DNA of 64,000 nt from Tubiluchus corallicola (lineage: Eukaryota > Animalia > Priapulida): positions 682,001-746,000 of the forward strand of contig JAQGDQ010000004.1 of the NCBI GenBank assembly GCA_030141605.1, given 5' to 3'. The notes under the pieces were generated by a model. The model had not been told where the DNA came from and made no database searches. It saw only the letters and a program-made list of their open reading frames with translations. Each line of letters starts with the position of its first letter. Positions within the stretch are counted from its first letter, which is position 1. A program made the translations under genes and the position numbers. Of the stretch, positions 25,799 to 42,006 are shown one piece after another.

Positions 25799-27600
25799 AG
25801 CTTCTTCTTCTTCTGTTGCTCTAAGCATCTATTGCAGACATAGAACCTCTATCCTTTATTAGAGCACCCACTGTTTTCTGTCTGCAGCTAAAAGTTTCAA
25901 CTTCTGCGTGTGATGCTATTGTTAGGTTTGTCATAGCTGTTGTAAATCTTTATTAATTCTTGATAACCAAGTTGTTTTTGGTTTGCATGGAGGTCGTTTA
26001 GCAGGTTTGAGTGCCTCTTTTTATGTTAATCTTACTGGCGTTGTTTATGGCAATCTCATTAAATGTTCTACCCATCTTAGCCTTCTGATTCTGATTTTAG
26101 TGGTCCAATGTTCTTCTTTGGTTCTGTTATACAGTTGGTCATTTGAAATGATATATAGCCATTTTATTTTTAAGATTTTTTTTAGCGAAACACATCTATT
26201 TCTGTTTTATGCGTTGTAGTCAAGCCCCACATTTCACTGTTTTTTCATGAAGATACTTTCCTATTTTTGATTTGATCTTCTCTGCTAAGGCGTGACCACA
26301 TGTATTTGCAACGTTTCCAGGAATGGTCTCCATCCAGTGATGTGTTACATTCTTCAGTTTTCGTGTTGTTAGCTTTGAGATTTATTTTTTCTAGTAATTT
26401 TGAGTACTTTTTTAACAGTATCTGTGTAGAATTTTGAAATGCTAATCCACCCAATGTCGTCGGCATATTCTTGGTCTATTAGCAATAGCTTGTAGGAATC
26501 TGGTAAAGTAAGATAAGATAAAAAATATCTATTCAGGATAACTTGATTGAACATGATCAGCGTGATCAACCATATGGAACGGGAGATTTTTTAAGGAATT
26601 TGCATCGTAATCATGATCTGTATGTGAAACATCTTCGTTTTGGCTAGGCACAACGTAAAAAGCACTGAAACAGTCTCCGACGTCAGCTTTGAAAGTTCTT
26701 TCTATAGTATTGCCTACTTTCACGTGAAGCCTGACATCTTTAAGTAGGATTGTTATCATGTGTAATTCATCTGGATGTAAAACTGATTTTAAATCATGAA
26801 ATAGTATTCCTTTGTCAACAGTATTAAACGCTATATCAAGTGTAATAGAGTACTTGAAGTTATAACTTTTTCGGCAAAATTTTTTGCAGACGTGATTAAT
26901 TCTGCAGTGTTCCTTCATTCTCTAAATGCAGTTTGGGTAATCATTATAGTAATGTTCAGTCTACGGTGTATGCGTCTGATCATACAAATAACCAAAATTT
27001 TCCTCGCTAGACAGGAGAATTATTGGCCTTTAAGTTTTCTTCTTGGTTTTGAAATTGGTGCTAGAACTCCCTCCTTAAATTCTTTTGGATCCGTTTTTGC
27101 AACATCATTTAACAAGTTAGCAATTCCTGTGCTTACTAACCTAGGTCCATATTTTAATTGTTCAGCTACCAAATTATCAATTCCTGTACTTTTGCCATTC
27201 TTTAGAGATTTTATTGCACAGTATATTTCTTCTTCGTTAGAAGGTGGTTCCATACCTACAGGCTTCCAGATCAGGCAAAGTTTTCGAGTCAGCAATATTG
27301 AATGATTTTTCAAAGAACTTAGCAATTAATTCTGTTACTTCTGTTTCGTCAGCTGTATTGTAAGTCTATTGATAGTTTCTACTGTTATTTTTTCTTCGGT
27401 TTATTTCTGTTAATGTTCCTAACAGCTTTAAACATCCTAATCCAGTCTTTTTTACTTTTCTGTATATCCGCAAAGCTTTTCAGCAATCTTTCTTCTTCAA
27501 TTTGCTTAATAGTTTTCTTTAGTTCTCGCATCTTTTTATTCTTTTTTATTTGTAATATTCTCTAATATTGATGTCTGCGTTCGCGTTATAATTTAACTGA
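25799..27600 (-). mobile_element. Decayed 5'-truncated non-LTR retrotransposon (RTE-like LINE)
   Basis: Frameshifted reverse transcriptase pieces: EIYCAIKSLKNGKSTGIDNLVAEQLKYG, LDIAFNTVD, QEYADDIGW (catalytic YADD near 26460), and C-terminal ISNDQLY...IRIRRLRWVEHLMRLP. The 3' end is a short (GAA)n tail near 25800-25813, typical of RTE-group LINEs. Confidence 0.9.
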
Positions 27601-28429
27601 TTTGCTCAGAGGATAACCGCTGAACTCGTGGGTTATTGACTACTTTCTTTAATTTGTGAGTCTTAACCTATATGTCCTATATATTATTAATAAATGCTGG
27701 GTAAATAAGGAATATACTGCTAAATTATATTTCAAGTAGCAACATTTATAAAACCAACTTGAAAAGATGGCAATTGATTCAGTAACGCTTTTATTATTCT
27801 GTATATTTTTGGGAGGCAATTTTAGGTGTGCCTATTTAAAATTTCCCTGTATTTTTAAAAGTTCTAATATTTATTCTTAGCTTGTATAAAAGTGCTAAAA
27901 ACGTTACAATGAGAATAGTGATGAAGTCACAGAATAAATGAATAATCATTTTACAAATGATAAGTTAACTTAAAGTTAGTCGAGAACGTGCATTAAAATT
28001 TGTTAAAGGAAAACCGGACCCAGTGTTAAACCGCACCTCAAAATGACATAGCGTGAAAGGGAAAATTGATGAATTTTTTTTCATTAGTGACTTACGTGAA
28101 AGAATTATCACACCGGAAGTTTATTTTCGTGTTCCCGTCATTAGTTTTTCGCCATTTGCTATTTACCCAGCGCCTGTACAACGCGGAAGCGTGTTGCACA
28201 AAAACACAGAAAAACAGGCGCTGTACCTCTCAGTTCAATTCTGATGTTGCACGCACTTGTGGTGAAATGGCGTGCTGGCACAGTCGCAATGACGCGAGGA
28301 CAGAACAATATCACATTTAGCGTGGAGGTGGTAATTTGTAGAGAAAATGCAAATGTCTTGGTAGCTTGTTGAACACCGACGCTGACATACAACGTAGGAA
28401 AATTCTGGCTTATTCAGATCTGACAAAGG

Positions 28430-28625
28430 TTTTCAAAAACAACAGATTCTCTCTAGAAACCAATGTCCGGATCTTATCTAGCTTATTTGACCGGTATTTT
28501 TATACAATACTGAACTATGGCTGAAGAACAACAAAAGGAAATAGATGCTTTTCAAAGGTGTATCTGCAGAAAGTTGTTAAGTACCAAATGGCCTGACGGA
28601 ATATCCAATGATATCAGTATGATAT
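28430..28625 (+). mobile_element. Short RTE-like LINE C-terminal fragment
   Basis: Frameshifted translation FLYNTELW...EIDAFQRCICRKLLSTKWPDGISND matches the post-RT motif of RTE-group elements. Confidence 0.7.
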
Positions 28626-28639
28626 GGTGAAAAAAGCAA

Positions 28640-30330
28640 GCAAATACAAGTTGATTATAGTCATTATAAAAAAAGCTAGAAACAAATTCAATAATAGAAA
28701 TTCTAATCTGAAAAATTTATATTATCAAAACAAATATGCTAATGCTAATACTACGAAAGAAAAATGGAGAGTCATTAATAACGTCGTTAATAAAAATAAA
28801 GATATGAATAATAATGAAAATTACTTCAACAAAAAAGAGGGCAAATATTGTTAACACTATGTTTCTGAATTTTGGGGAATTTAAACAAAATACATCTTTA
28901 TTAAATAAAAATCATAATTCCCTAAATAATTGCTTCAAACAAGATGAAGCAAATCGAAGTTTCGCATTTTCCACAATTGATTTAATAAATATAATAAGAA
29001 ATCTAAAGTCGTCCAAAAGTTTCCGGTCATCTATTATGAAAGCCTTTTAAAAAATATTAGGAAAGGCAATGTATCATCAAATTTAGACCTACAGTTATCT
29101 AGAAAAAATAATATTCTAAATAAACAACAGTTTAGTTACAGGAAAAGCACAACACTATAGATGCTGTTACATTTGCTTCAGAAAACTGGTGTTAATTTCT
29201 TGACAATTATGAATACGTATCAGCAGCTTTCTTGGATCTTAGCAAGGCCTGTGATAGCATCCCACATTCAGTGTTTAAAAAAGCTAGAATGCGTAGAATT
29301 TGATCAATTTTCAATTAATGTCATACGCGATTATTTAAGGAATAGACTTCAAAGAGTAAAATTATCCCAACAAATATACTCAGAGTAGGCAACTGTTAAA
29401 AAGGGAGTACCCAAACGCACAATACTAGGCTTCTTGATATTTAACATATGTCTGCAATATACAAGCAACAGTAAAAAATGGTAAAATTATTTCATATACT
29501 ACATGATGCCTCCACCTGTACATATAGTCCCGATCCATACATTTCTGTAAATAAACTAAAGAGCAGTGCGGAATAGCTTAAAACTACATGTTTGATCAAC
29601 ACCAGTTGCAAATGCATCGAACGAAAACAATATTCATAATGCTTACGCCAAAAGAAAGACCAGATCAAAACAAAAGTATTAACGTTGATGTGATAACACT
29701 AAATATAAATAACTGGATAATTCAACAATGTAAAACACCAGATTTTTAAGAGTTGAAACTGAAAACAAACTAAATTTGGATAAGCCCGTTACTACCATAA
29801 TACAAAACATGGCTCAAAGCATTTCATTCTCAAAACAAGTAAAGCTAACTACAAAAGTACTTAATTATAACACTGTTGTTTTACCGCATTAATTTACACG
29901 TGCATGTTTTTTCAAAATGTTTCACAAACTTCTATGGACAAACTTAATTCAATGCAGAACTGCGCATTAAAATAACCTTCGGAAACTCTGTTCATTTTTC
30001 CCGGCGATTTTCTGCTACTGATGCAAGGTGTAAATTAGAAATCCTTACATTAGCATCAATAATATAGTATCATACTTTACTCTTCACTTATAAATAGATA
30101 AATGGGACACGAGCGGTGCCTTTGAGAGAAATAAGCTACCGTTCCTCAAATACATAACACTTAACCCTCGAACATATAAACTATAAATGCATACATATTA
30201 ACAGTAAATATGACCACAAACCTATAGGTAAATCAATAACTAACATGTGGAATGACCTATCCGTTGAAACAAAAAAACAACTAATATTTCTACTTTTATA
30301 ACTTTATAGAAAAAAAAGTTACATAGAATT
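28640..30330 (+). mobile_element. Decayed LINE ORF2 remnant (CR1/L2-group-like reverse transcriptase)
   Basis: Fragments KEKWRVINNVV, IIRNLKSSKS, YLEKNNILNKQQFSYRK, AAFLDLSKACDSIPH, DYLRNRLQRVKL and KGVPKRTILGFLIFNI appear in the canonical RT order, with many stops and frameshifts. Confidence 0.9.
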
Positions 30331-30391
30331 ATAATGGAGGGATCCATGGAATTATATAAAATGGTTTCATAAGTTTCTGGTACAATATTTC

Positions 30392-32084
30392 GTTTCTTGA
30401 GACAAACACTGGAGGGATGTGCAATTTCAGCAATGTGCGTGCAAGATCCATGTAACGAAAAGTACTGATGCATATACCATTCACCGTGGGACCATCAACA
30501 TTAATAATGTACGAGTACTCCGCGTAGTGACTAATAAAGGTTACGTATCAAGTAGCCTAAAACATGAAAGTTTATTGAAATGAACGACTGGCTTCATCGC
30601 CTTGTCCCTATGGGCTGTATTTAGGGTATACTATGTTAACGAGGCAGGTGCTCATAGCTCAGTTATCTATTTCTACAATAATGTCAGAAAGTTCAACAGA
30701 TGCCTGGACAAGTGGCTTTGCAGGCAGCGGATTACATTAAGCCACTTCGACCTTTAGAAAATGCACTTTCGTCTTCCTGTAGAGAGTCCGCCCGGTACGC
30801 TCTTCGGATATCTTCTAAGCTTAACATTCCAAATGCTCGAGTTAGATAAAAAATATTCCGATGAAAACAATGGTTTTATATCAGTAGATTGACACTAACT
30901 CTGTAAAATAAACTCATTGCAAAAGAATATACTCTTTTGGACATATAATCATGCATGTGGACACTCTTGTCTCGAAAATTTTAGCACTGGTTGCAATCAC
31001 TATTAGTGTTTCAAATGATCAATTTATTTAAATTTAAATATTAAAACATCAGTTGTATTTTCTGGCTAATTTAAGCTACCAAATGTCAGACTAAAAATTT
31101 TGGCTGCCAAGTTCTTGACAATGTACAATTTTGCGTAAGATATCTCAGACATGTATTTTGCTTCATACATGTTGATTAGTATAGTTAGTTGCCTTTCATA
31201 AAGCCTACTGTTGATTTTCCGTATTTCACTTTGTTGAAATGTTTCTTGAGACAAACACTGGAGGGATGTGCAATTTCAGCAATGTGCGTGCAAGATCCAT
31301 GTAACGAAAAGTACTGATGCATATACCATTCACCGTGGGACCATCAACATTAATAATGTACGAGTACTCCGCGTAGTGACTAATAAAGGTTACGTATCAA
31401 GTAGCCTAAAACATGAAAGTTTATTGAAATGAACGACTGGCTTCATCGCCTTGTCCCTATGGGCTGTATTTAGGGTATACTATGTTAACGAGGCAGGTGC
31501 TCATAGCTCAGTTATCTATTTCTACAATAATGTCAGAAAGTTCAACAGATGCCTGGACAAGTGGCTTTGCAGGCAGCGGATTACATTAAGCCACTTCGAC
31601 CTTTAGAAAATGCACTTTCGTCTTCCTGTAGAGAGTCCGCCCGGTACGCTCTTCGGATATCTTCTAAGCTTAACATTCCAAATGCTCGAGTTAGATAAAA
31701 AATATTCCGATGAAAACAATGGTTTTATATCAGTAGATTGACACTAACTCTGTAAAATAAACTCATTGCAAAAGAATATACTCTTTTGGACATATAATCA
31801 TGCATGTGGACACTCTTGTCTCGAAAATTTTAGCACTGGTTGCAATCACTATTAGTGTTTCAAATGATCAATTTATTTAAATTTAAATATTAAAACATCA
31901 GTTGTATTTTCTGGCTAATTTAAGCTACCAAATGTCAGACTAAAAATTTTGGCTGCCAAGTTCTTAACAATGTACAATTTTGCGTAAGATATCTCAGACA
32001 TGTATTTTGCTTCATACATGTTGATTAGTATAGTTAGTTGCCTTTCATAAAGCCTACTGTTGATTTTCCGTATTTCACTTTGTT
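30392..32084 (+). repeat. Tandem duplication, 2 x 844 bp with a 5-bp filler (30392-31235, GAAAT, 31241-32084)
   Basis: Offset 849. The copies are near-identical; I saw one substitution (ttcttgaca vs ttcttaaca). Confidence 0.96.
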
Positions 32085-32139
32085 ACAGAACAATAACCAA
32101 TGAAGATACGAGCTCAGCTTGACACCATAAAATGCTCCC

Positions 32140-34015
<1,876 letters not shown>

Positions 34016-34069
34016 TCTTAAACAAGTGTTACTTTGGAACGGTATATTTACGATACTGCTTACAGCAGA

Positions 34070-34960
34070 ATTATCTTGATTTACCCATGGTTTTTATTAT
34101 TTTTATTTTATTATTATTTACGCCTTTTTGTTTTGCTCAAAAACTCACACACGCACAGGGCTAGGTTCACGGCACTCAGAGGGCATAACCCTCGGGCAGG
34201 GGTACTTACGTTCCCACGTGACCCGTCACCCTCAGGTTAAAGATACCCTTCATAGACCGGGCAGGATATCTTGTTTTTTTTTCGTTTGGCTGGATCTCCT
34301 CCTACAGGTTTTGAGCTAGGGCGAAAATTTCTGTATGCTGCTAGGTGGTGTCGAGTTGTTGCGCAAGCCTGAATATAAGCGATTTGCGTACGGAAAAATT
34401 TTCGGTAGGGGGCAAAAACTAAAATTGAGGGGGTCGGGGACACAAATGCTTCCAGTTTCAAGTAACAGTGTCGTGTAATATATCAAATGAAAGGTCTCGT
34501 TGAGAAGAATTGAATGGTATAAGTTTCGCTGACTTTGACCTTTGATTCCGCTAGCGAACAAAAACCGAAATCGTGGGTTGGGACATCAATGCTTGCGGTG
34601 TCAAGTGATAGTAGTTTGCAGTATGTCAAATGAAAGGTCTTGATGAGCAGAATGGAATGGTATGAGTTACGCCCAGAATGGTTGACTCCTGACGCGCTAG
34701 GAAGCAAAACTCAAAAACTGAGGGTCATGTAGACAATTGGTTTTAAGTGTCCAGTAGCAACAGGTTGTAGTATATCAAATGAAAGGGATGAATGGTACTA
34801 ATTGAGTGGTATAAGTCATGCCCGCATTTGTTGACCCTTTACCGCGAGCTCACAGGTAAAGTGGAAGTTCCAGTTTCAATTCTTATAATACATCAAATGA
34901 AAGGTGAGGCAAATTGAATGGTATATCTTGACTCGTATTTGGTTGAGCCTGGAGCCACTG
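34070..34960 (+). mobile_element. Non-autonomous interspersed element with internal ~120-150 bp tandem units (DINE/HINE-like architecture)
   Basis: A TTA-rich simple repeat at the start is followed by four units carrying tcaaatgaaagg...gaatggtataag...ttgacc (near 34483, 34626, 34775, 34893). A related copy lies near 60080-60800. Confidence 0.7.
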
Positions 34961-37388
34961 GTCACTGGTCAAAAAAGTGATAAGCTCTGATTTCATTGAA
35001 ACTGCGTCAGACACAACCGTACTTACGTGCAGTTAACAACATACAGTGTTGTTAATTATTTTAAAAGCAATCGTTATTTGTAAATACAAAGCAAAAGCTG
35101 TCATTTAAAGCATCTGTCAGAGAAGCAGAATCTTACCACAGTTTTTGACACAGTCAAAAAGGCCCACTAGTTAATATTGTTTTATTTGGACAATGGACAT
35201 ATTTTCATTCCAAAGTAAATCCCAATATGCCAAGTATGCGTTGCAAAAGGTGTTGTCATTGTTTTTTCTTGTTTATTAACTGCTTATACACTGGGTGCTT
35301 ACGTCAATAAATTGTTTATTATCTCACTTGGCACAGCACTTTGCATGGCTTCTGTTTTCAAGACTGCTCTGTTAGGTGCTGCGTTTAATTAACCTGAAGC
35401 TGTCAACCTGAGGCTGAGAAGCAGGTCATTATTGCTGCCTTGAGATTTTTCCGACATTAATATATTGCCCGGCATGGGTCGCATTTCATCTTGCAGAAGC
35501 GTCTTTTGACAAAGCGCGACTTAACCAGGTTTTCTTCAAACTAGTCATTACTTAATCACGATTTTAAGCTTGCTAGTTTATTCTTTATTCGCACAAGATA
35601 ATGCGAGGCTTTCCAGCTAAAAGCAATGATAAAAAGCTTGTCAATAATGAAATACAGCCTTAATTTTTTTCATTTATTGCGGTATTTTAAAGTGTATATA
35701 AACTATAGAACTACTTTACAAGATTCAATTTCAACGAAGTTATCAATCTATTTTCAGAGTTACGACGCGAGGCAAAATTCGTCGAAAAAAATTCCTTGTG
35801 GTTTTCCTCGTGAATGTGGAAAACATTTGTCAGAGTTTTTTATTTATTTTATAATTTTTTAATCGAGAACGGCGGGAGAGCTAAACTAGGGCTAGACTAG
35901 TGCTTAAATTTTGCCCCAAGTTCAAAGACTTATAGCGCTCGTTCCAGACTCAAAATAATGGTGAGATTCTGTATTGCATATTTTTGCTTGCCTGCATGTG
36001 TTTTGTTGAATTGAAACCAAGAGCAGGTGTTTAAATATGCGAATCAAGCAAGATTACATTTTGACATTTACCATGAGATAATTAAGCAGATTAGTTACGT
36101 CAGTATAACGGCAGTTTTTGGCATTCTACGTAACAATAAGAATAAGGGTAAATAAGAATAAACACTGCTTTTTATGGCGCATTTCACACAGGCGCCTCAT
36201 GAGGAATTTTCCTCAAGAGGAATACTGCCACCAGCCAGAAACTAGTATCGTTTTCCGCTTGGTATAAGTACTGCGCGTTCCATTTTCGTGAAAATTTCTC
36301 GTGAATTCACATTAAAATTTAACTACTCAATTACTTTTTCTTGTTTAGTGAACAAAAATGATCATATTCAGCATAAAGTTGTAAATCTCTAATCTCTCTT
36401 TTATCATACATACAATTACAAAATTGGTTTTTGTTGCTATGGTAGTGCATTTTCAGGAAATAAAAAAAGTTCATGAAGTCATTTTGGATGGCAATCGCTC
36501 TACAAGTGGGCTTTTGTCTGACAAATTTACCCCGTCGTTATGAAAAAGCGAATCCGGAACCTAAGGTATATCTTAAATAAAAGAGAAAGAAATAATTGTT
36601 TATGATTTTCATTGAAATTATAAAGCGTGACTTGGAGAAAAGACTTATAAGAAGTTCAAGTTCGTTACTTCAGGCTTGGAGGGTCAACGTAATCTTGAAA
36701 GTTTAGAACTCGTTTTGCAATTGAGTCATGGAGCAGAAATATAATTGGTTCATACATACAGACCTACTTACCACTAGACAAATCTTGTAAATGAATAATC
36801 AGAGAGCAAATTGAAATTTTTATCCTAGATAGTACTTTTTGTGATAATAATTAAAATTGAGCACATATATCTGGGATAAGAATTTTTTCCAAATTGCGAA
36901 CTGTTATTATCCCGGTTTATTTACCGTCTCCCATTTAAGCTTATAACAGTACGTCGTCCTCGCCGTCCATGAAGACAAGCAATAGCTACAAGCCTGCTAC
37001 TCGCAAAACAGCTGGACCTGGCTGGACACGCGTAAAAAACCGTGCGGTTTCTGTGTGATATGAACTTTCTTGCATCATCGGTTTTCGCGAAATCGAAAAT
37101 TTTCCGTAAATTTCTGATGGCAATTCCGTGTGTCATTTTCCTTTCATTCCTCAGTGTGAAATGGGCCTAAGTGGTCTCTCAAGTTGTCTTGCTCGCTTCG
37201 TATTTACGATGTTACATGCGTCGACCATTTGTTCATGTTTCATATGAATCATAATTATAGCTTAGCAGACCTAGTGAATACGGTGCCATTTTCTACGAAA
37301 GAAATCCACCTAGTGCTGCTCATTAATTAAGGCCAAAATTACTGACAGAACCTGCGTTCTGCTTATACGAGTTCCCAGCGTTCTGTTA

Positions 37389-37470
37389 GTAGTCGTGGCT
37401 AAATGTTTAGGGCGACTGACTAGAAATCAGTTCGATCTCCAAGCACAGGTTCGAATTCCTTCGACTGTTG
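37389..37470 (+). pseudogene. tRNA-Ser(AGA) pseudogene or tRNA-derived copy
   Basis: gtagtcgtggctaaatgtttagggcgactgactAGAaatcagt...caggttcgaattccttcgactgt is collinear with eukaryotic tRNA-Ser. The anticodon stem actga/tcagt is perfect. The D-loop GG, variable arm and T-stem are damaged. Confidence 0.8.
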
Positions 37471-39908
37471 TAGTATGCTATAATTGTATTGCGCATGCGT
37501 CAGCTAGAGGCGGCCGGCCTTCCTCTCTCCACAGTGTTCAGTGTCTGACTGTCTGGTTCACGTTCTTGCGATGTTATGACATTCCGCTGTTGTTCCTGTT
37601 TTTTAACAACCTTTCACCCAAAATAAATTTATATCCACTCATTTAATGTGTTGAAACTTCTCCAACGACTTTTCTTTTTTCTTTTTTTATGACCGGTGTA
37701 ACATATCTGGGGTTCAGTACGTACCCCTTTTAGTCAGGATGTACAGTGTGTGAGTTGATAGAGAATAGCATGTGAACAGACTTTATCAAATGGTTTACAG
37801 CACTCTCCTTCCCAACAGACAGGTGTCTTGTGAGTGCGGCCAGCTCCATCCATCTACCTATTTACTCGTTCGTTTGTTAATAACTTTTGATTTCCGATTT
37901 ACAGTAGTAATACGGTCAATCACTTAAATGCAATAAATAGCGTATCAATTCGTGTTGCTTGTTTGGTTTCTTGTTTGGCTGTCTGTCTTTCTGATTGCTG
38001 ATTTGCTTCCTTGGATTCTTCGTTACTACTGGTTCGCTTACTTACTTAGCATAGCCGTCTGCCATTCAGAAAAGAAGATTTCGATTTGTGCCGTAGAGAA
38101 CAAAATTTTCCAGCATTTATAACTAATCCACCTATTTGCCCTAATTACTTATTATTCACTATAGGAGATTTACTGTTTGCTTGCTTGAGCAAAGTTTTTT
38201 TAGTAATTTACTCTATTTTAGCATGGTAGTTCATTTTGTCGGACAATGTGTCACCTAACTTTTTAATTAACACACGGTATCCAACATTTCAGACCAACCG
38301 CTTTCTTTTGCTTATTTTGAAACAACTACTAGCGGAATAATTATTTTTTTATTAAGTTCGTAAGTCTTTGATCAAAGCGACGTCGTCACGCAGTTGCAGG
38401 CCGCATTACAAAAATAGCAGTCACGTCTATAGTAAAATAACCGTGTATCAGCTTCAATCTACATAAAACTATGCAGACTAAAAGCTGTTATCGGTTCTGT
38501 GTAAGAAATCTACTCGTTTATGCTCCTAGGAAGGCAAGCCGTGAAAGTTCCGCCATGAGTTAAACAGGATTATATAAAAAGGCGAATTACAGGGCAAAAT
38601 GCCGTAAAACAAGAAAAACAAAATTCTTTGTAAAGTTTCACTAGAAGTGTTGCGCGCAGTCAAACTTGTGCCTAATGACTCACGACCCTAATAACGTTAT
38701 AGTTGTGTGATATGAAAAACGGAAGAGAAAGAAAGAATTGAATGAGTGAATGATCTAACGAACAAATAAATGAATAAACGAACGAACGAATGAGTAAATG
38801 AATGCATAAGTTATTCAACGAATATACAACAGTTATTACAGGTTTCGCACAAAAACTCGATGCAAAAATGCAATGCGTGCAAATGTAAGTGCACGATTCT
38901 TTTTTCACAAGCTTTAGTTTAAAATTTTCATACGCTACTATATAACAGTCTTAATTTTCGAGAATATAATTGTTTTTATTACAGCATTGCAAGCAATACG
39001 CTTCCATGAAACACTTGGTTTAGTTTTATCAGTTTATCTTTTAGAGTTTTTAAGCAGCTAAAAATTTAATCTCGTGTTTCAGGACTTCGCAGAACACGTG
39101 CAAGTCACTGTAACTAAAGCAGCAACAGAAGCAGGAAAAAGAAGCCACGCCAAAGTTGAATAAGCGGAAGGACTTCTTGCAGTATCTATGGATTTGTGCG
39201 TGTCTTGTGAACCTTCAGAGCTAAGTGCACAGGCGTGCTGATATTCTAAATGAGCTATTCCTCTCATTGGACACTATCGCATTGATTAATAATGCCTGTT
39301 TCAGTGAACTGTTTGGTGCTTTTTCTGTTGTGGATGTTCTTAACTCACCCGGTAAGCCCTTTAACTAAGTTTCACACGCATTAGTATCATTTATAAACAT
39401 TAGCAGGTTAGTTAGGAGGTTGTTCTGGAAGCGTGACATCCTAATGAAGTGTCATTATGTACTAACGAACTCACTCTGGTCGCCGTGTATGCGTCCTCAA
39501 TTATAGTTTGTCGGAAAATAAACCACTCAAATGGCATCAATCAGTACTGAAGCCGGCTTATTACTGCCCGTTCACTAAATGTCAAAGCAATGTTGTGAGG
39601 TGTTACCGCTTAATTAAATCACTTTCAAGCAGCAAACCAATCAGATTTCAATGATAAATGTGTGATCACTGCCCAATACCATGTACTCTGTTATTTGAGT
39701 TTCAATTTAAAGAAATGACAGACTCGTGTAGAACAGTAGTTATTACAATGAAATTTATTTATCTATTCATTCATCTTTATTTTTACCTCAGTTAATTCAA
39801 AATTTAATTTGGATTCTTTTAGAGTTTAAAGAGTGGTACGGTAATTTTGGGCGATGTAAGGGTTTATATGTATGTAGTCCCTTTAATTGTATGTATTGTC
39901 AATAAATT

Positions 39909-40084
<176 letters not shown>

Positions 40085-41965
40085 GAAAACCAGAAAATTT
40101 ATGTCGAAACTTCGAGGGACATAGTTACCCGTGCTAGGGCTGTAAACTTCTTTTCGGAGATCTTTCTATTCTGGTGTAAAGCTGAAAAATAACGTTTCAT
40201 TAAGGGGCAATTTGTTCTGCACAAAACGATGCTCATTGAGTATTTCGTCTACTGTGGTCTTGTTTTACTAATTCTTCTGATTATTATCCGTGATACAAAT
40301 TAGATCGAAAAATAGGTATGCATAAAAGCGCGCCTATATCAGCAAAAATGAAAAAACAGCAACATTAACGTAATCGAGTTTCTTTTAAATGCACCGATGT
40401 TACTGCTGCAATCGAATGTGCATTACATCTACTGGGACTTGGGCAGGCAGAATTCTAGTAATAAAGAAACCTGCCCCCAAGACAGGTAAACACAGCAGCT
40501 AGTCCAGCAAACATTAGTCGCTGCTTCACTATAGTGGCTTGTAATCACTGTTTTGGTTTCATTATAACATTGTAACAATTAGATCTATTACCGTTGCCAC
40601 AGCATTCAATATGGTATAGGTCTGCATCAATTACACTTAATTTCATAAAGTAGTCATTTCTAAAGACAGACAGATGCTGTTACATAGATCTAAAACTTGT
40701 TTTTTGTCATCCTTATAATTATTTAGCAGAATTGCGTTATTTTTGTCCTTCTTGCTTCTGTAATAGTCGGTAAACTAATTTGGCACATGATACTTTCACG
40801 GAAGCCGCAAAGCGAAAAGCCAAATTGCCAATATAAACATTTTATTGAATAGCTAATATGTGGACGGGTATTCGTTTCCTGCATCATTAACTAATAAATT
40901 TGTTTAATCATGTAATACTAATGCTGCGCAGAACCCACCACTTTATTCATTAAAGATGGTTACTCTTTTCAATTACTTTGTAGTTAGGAAAGCGATGCCT
41001 TCAAAGACATGCACGTACAGGAATTATTTGTTTTCCGTAATGAGTTTTGCAATAATGAGTTTTGTATTGGCATTGATATATCCTATAACGAAGTCAGACG
41101 TTTGCAGAATGTTTATACGAATAAAAACTGTTCACTAATGCTGTTTTTCCAGAAGGTTAAATCCAGCATGTCATTTCAGTATACTATTCTGTCATACAAA
41201 TTTCGTCATAATTTTTTCTTCTCTTTTAGTTACATAAATTATTTTAAGTAAACTATGAATGTCGCTCCAGCATGCAAACTCGTAAATTCTACATGTAATT
41301 CTTTTGGTTGTTTACATTTTTACTTGTATCTCTTTTTAAGGTGATTTACATGCATGACATTTGTTTGTCTACGTGGAAGAATCCACATACTTACACAAGG
41401 TCAATTAGAAGCCATTTCAAGACTTGTTCGCGGTCTGGACTATTTTGTTTAAATCCAGACAAGTTGTCTGTAATAACAATCCCAACACTTTTACTCTGAA
41501 GTTTGGCTTGTTCTAGATACTGTAATGATGATTCTTTCGTCACAAGAACTACTTCGACGTGTCAAAGTGTTCTGTAATCAGTGTGTTATTTTTAGTGGCA
41601 AGAGTCTTGAACGACAGATGTTTGGTATTACAAATAATGAACTCTCCCTAAACTCGACAAGAGGCATGAGCACTGATTTTTAGTTTCAAACAGGAAGTTT
41701 AGTATCACACTTTCCCCGTCTAATTTTTTTCCTTCTCGAAGGCATGTGCACAGTGGAAGGGCGTTGGTGGGAATGAACTAAGTTACTAAAAAGATGAAAA
41801 AGCAATTGGTTTATGAATGATGCAGTCAAGTAAAATTTTGCATATATAATTTTAAAAGAAATACTTTTAATCCGTAAGTAAATTTACATGAGTTAAGCCA
41901 TACCTGTACGATTAGGCAAAGTTATTCAGGAAATCATTTCAATCGCACGTCCACATTTACTTTAG

Positions 41966-42006
41966 GCAAGCAGGTTACCATGCGTGTACTTGCACCTTCA
42001 GATCAG
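41966..42006 (+). CDS. Candidate upstream or first coding exon of the GPCR (MRVLAPSDQ from ATG 41980)
   Basis: Acceptor tttactttag|, consensus donor CAG|gtaagt, and an accATG start. Its nine codons end in phase 0, compatible with the 49508 exon. No homology support. Confidence 0.5.
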
